NCBI GenBank assembly: GCA_964400755.1
Contig: CAYNVX010000001.1
Span: 1 to 45,460 of the forward strand
Direction of reading: 5' to 3'
Length of the DNA: 45,460 bases
From: an uncultured bacterium
Lineage (GTDB): Bacteria; Chlamydiota; Chlamydiia; Chlamydiales; SM23-39
Position 1 is the first letter of the stretch; every line of letters starts with the position of its first letter. Of this stretch, positions 44,833 through 45,460 are shown piece after piece. The notes beneath the pieces are model-generated. The model searched no databases and was not told the DNA's origin. It saw nothing but the letters and a program-made list of their open reading frames with translations. The translations under genes and the position numbers were made by a program.

Positions 44833-45330
44833 TTATTTCCTTAAATTTAAAAAATTTTGATGGGCATGGCATATTGCCAAAGCTAAAGCATCGGCAGCAT
44901 CTTCAGGTGTTGGAATCTTCGATAGTTTTAAAAGCATCTGTGTCATTTTTTGAATTTGTGATTTGCTGGCCTTTCCATTTCCCACAACTGATAGCTTTGC
45001 CTTTTTAGGAGCATATTCAAAAACAGGAATATTATTCAATGTCGCTGCTAAAATAATAACGCCTCTTGCCATTCCCAGTTTTATGGCGCTTTGAACGTTT
45101 TTATTTACAAACTGTGTCTCTACAGAGATAGCCGAAGGATTGTATTTTTTGATTAGGGAGACTATACCATTATATATAATCAAATAGCGCTGGTTTAACT
45201 CCATTTTTCGAGGAGGACGGATACATCCGTAGTCTAAAGCCCGATGCTCCCTATTAGTGGTGGAGATAATCCCATAGCCTGTTATTAAAGTGCCGGGGTC
45301 TACTCCCATTATAATCGTTTCATTGTCCAT
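44833..45330 (-). CDS. ruvC: Crossover junction endodeoxyribonuclease RuvC
   Basis: 165 aa with MGVDPGT (catalytic Asp), VETQF and a C-terminal DAADALALAICHA. Confidence 0.93.
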   Translation of the reverse strand: MDNETIIMGVDPGTLITGYGIISTTNREHRALDYGCIRPPRKMELNQRYLIIYNGIVSLIKKYNPSAISVETQFVNKNVQSAIKLGMARGVIILAATLNNIPVFEYAPKKAKLSVVGNGKASKSQIQKMTQMLLKLSKIPTPEDAADALALAICHAHQNFLNLRK

Positions 45331-45460
45331 AAGCCTTATCGTGTTTTAGCATCTATTATCAATAATATAATTTTTTTAAAAAAAGAGCATGCCTTTTAAT
45401 TAAAAGGGGTGTAATTAAAAGTTTTAGTTTGCATTTTGAAGTAAAACTTTGAGAAAATGA

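Overview
AT-rich (roughly 30% G+C by eye), gene-dense 45.5-kb bacterial chromosomal segment. Most of it is housekeeping: groES-groEL, trkH-trkA, eno, rsgA, cca, mutL, glgC, lipA-lpdA, secA, psd, nth-mnmE and ruvA-ruvC. This gene content and local order, plus type II secretion minor-pseudopilin-like genes and many orphan proteins, best fit a low-GC member of the Chlamydiota. That assignment rests on my memory of chlamydial gene order and is unverified. I call about 45 CDS, one tRNA-Arg(ACG) and one complete IS200/IS605-family element (Y1 tnpA plus a very small tnpB). No rRNA, CRISPR array or prophage was seen. Four things deserve a second look. (1) A 375-bp hairpin-rich element with IS605-like ends sits right after the SD-linked start codon of groES. 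(2) Three adjacent orphan genes (26.0-28.6 kb) all end in G-R-x-x-G-I followed by the stop codon, encoded with different synonymous codons. (3) The 284-aa TnpB keeps a complete RuvC/zinc-finger core but has almost no N-terminal domain, and its start codon overlaps that of tnpA. (4) A ~6.7-kb accessory block appears to split a pseudopilin-like gene set. All product calls rest on motifs read from the translations; no database search was possible.
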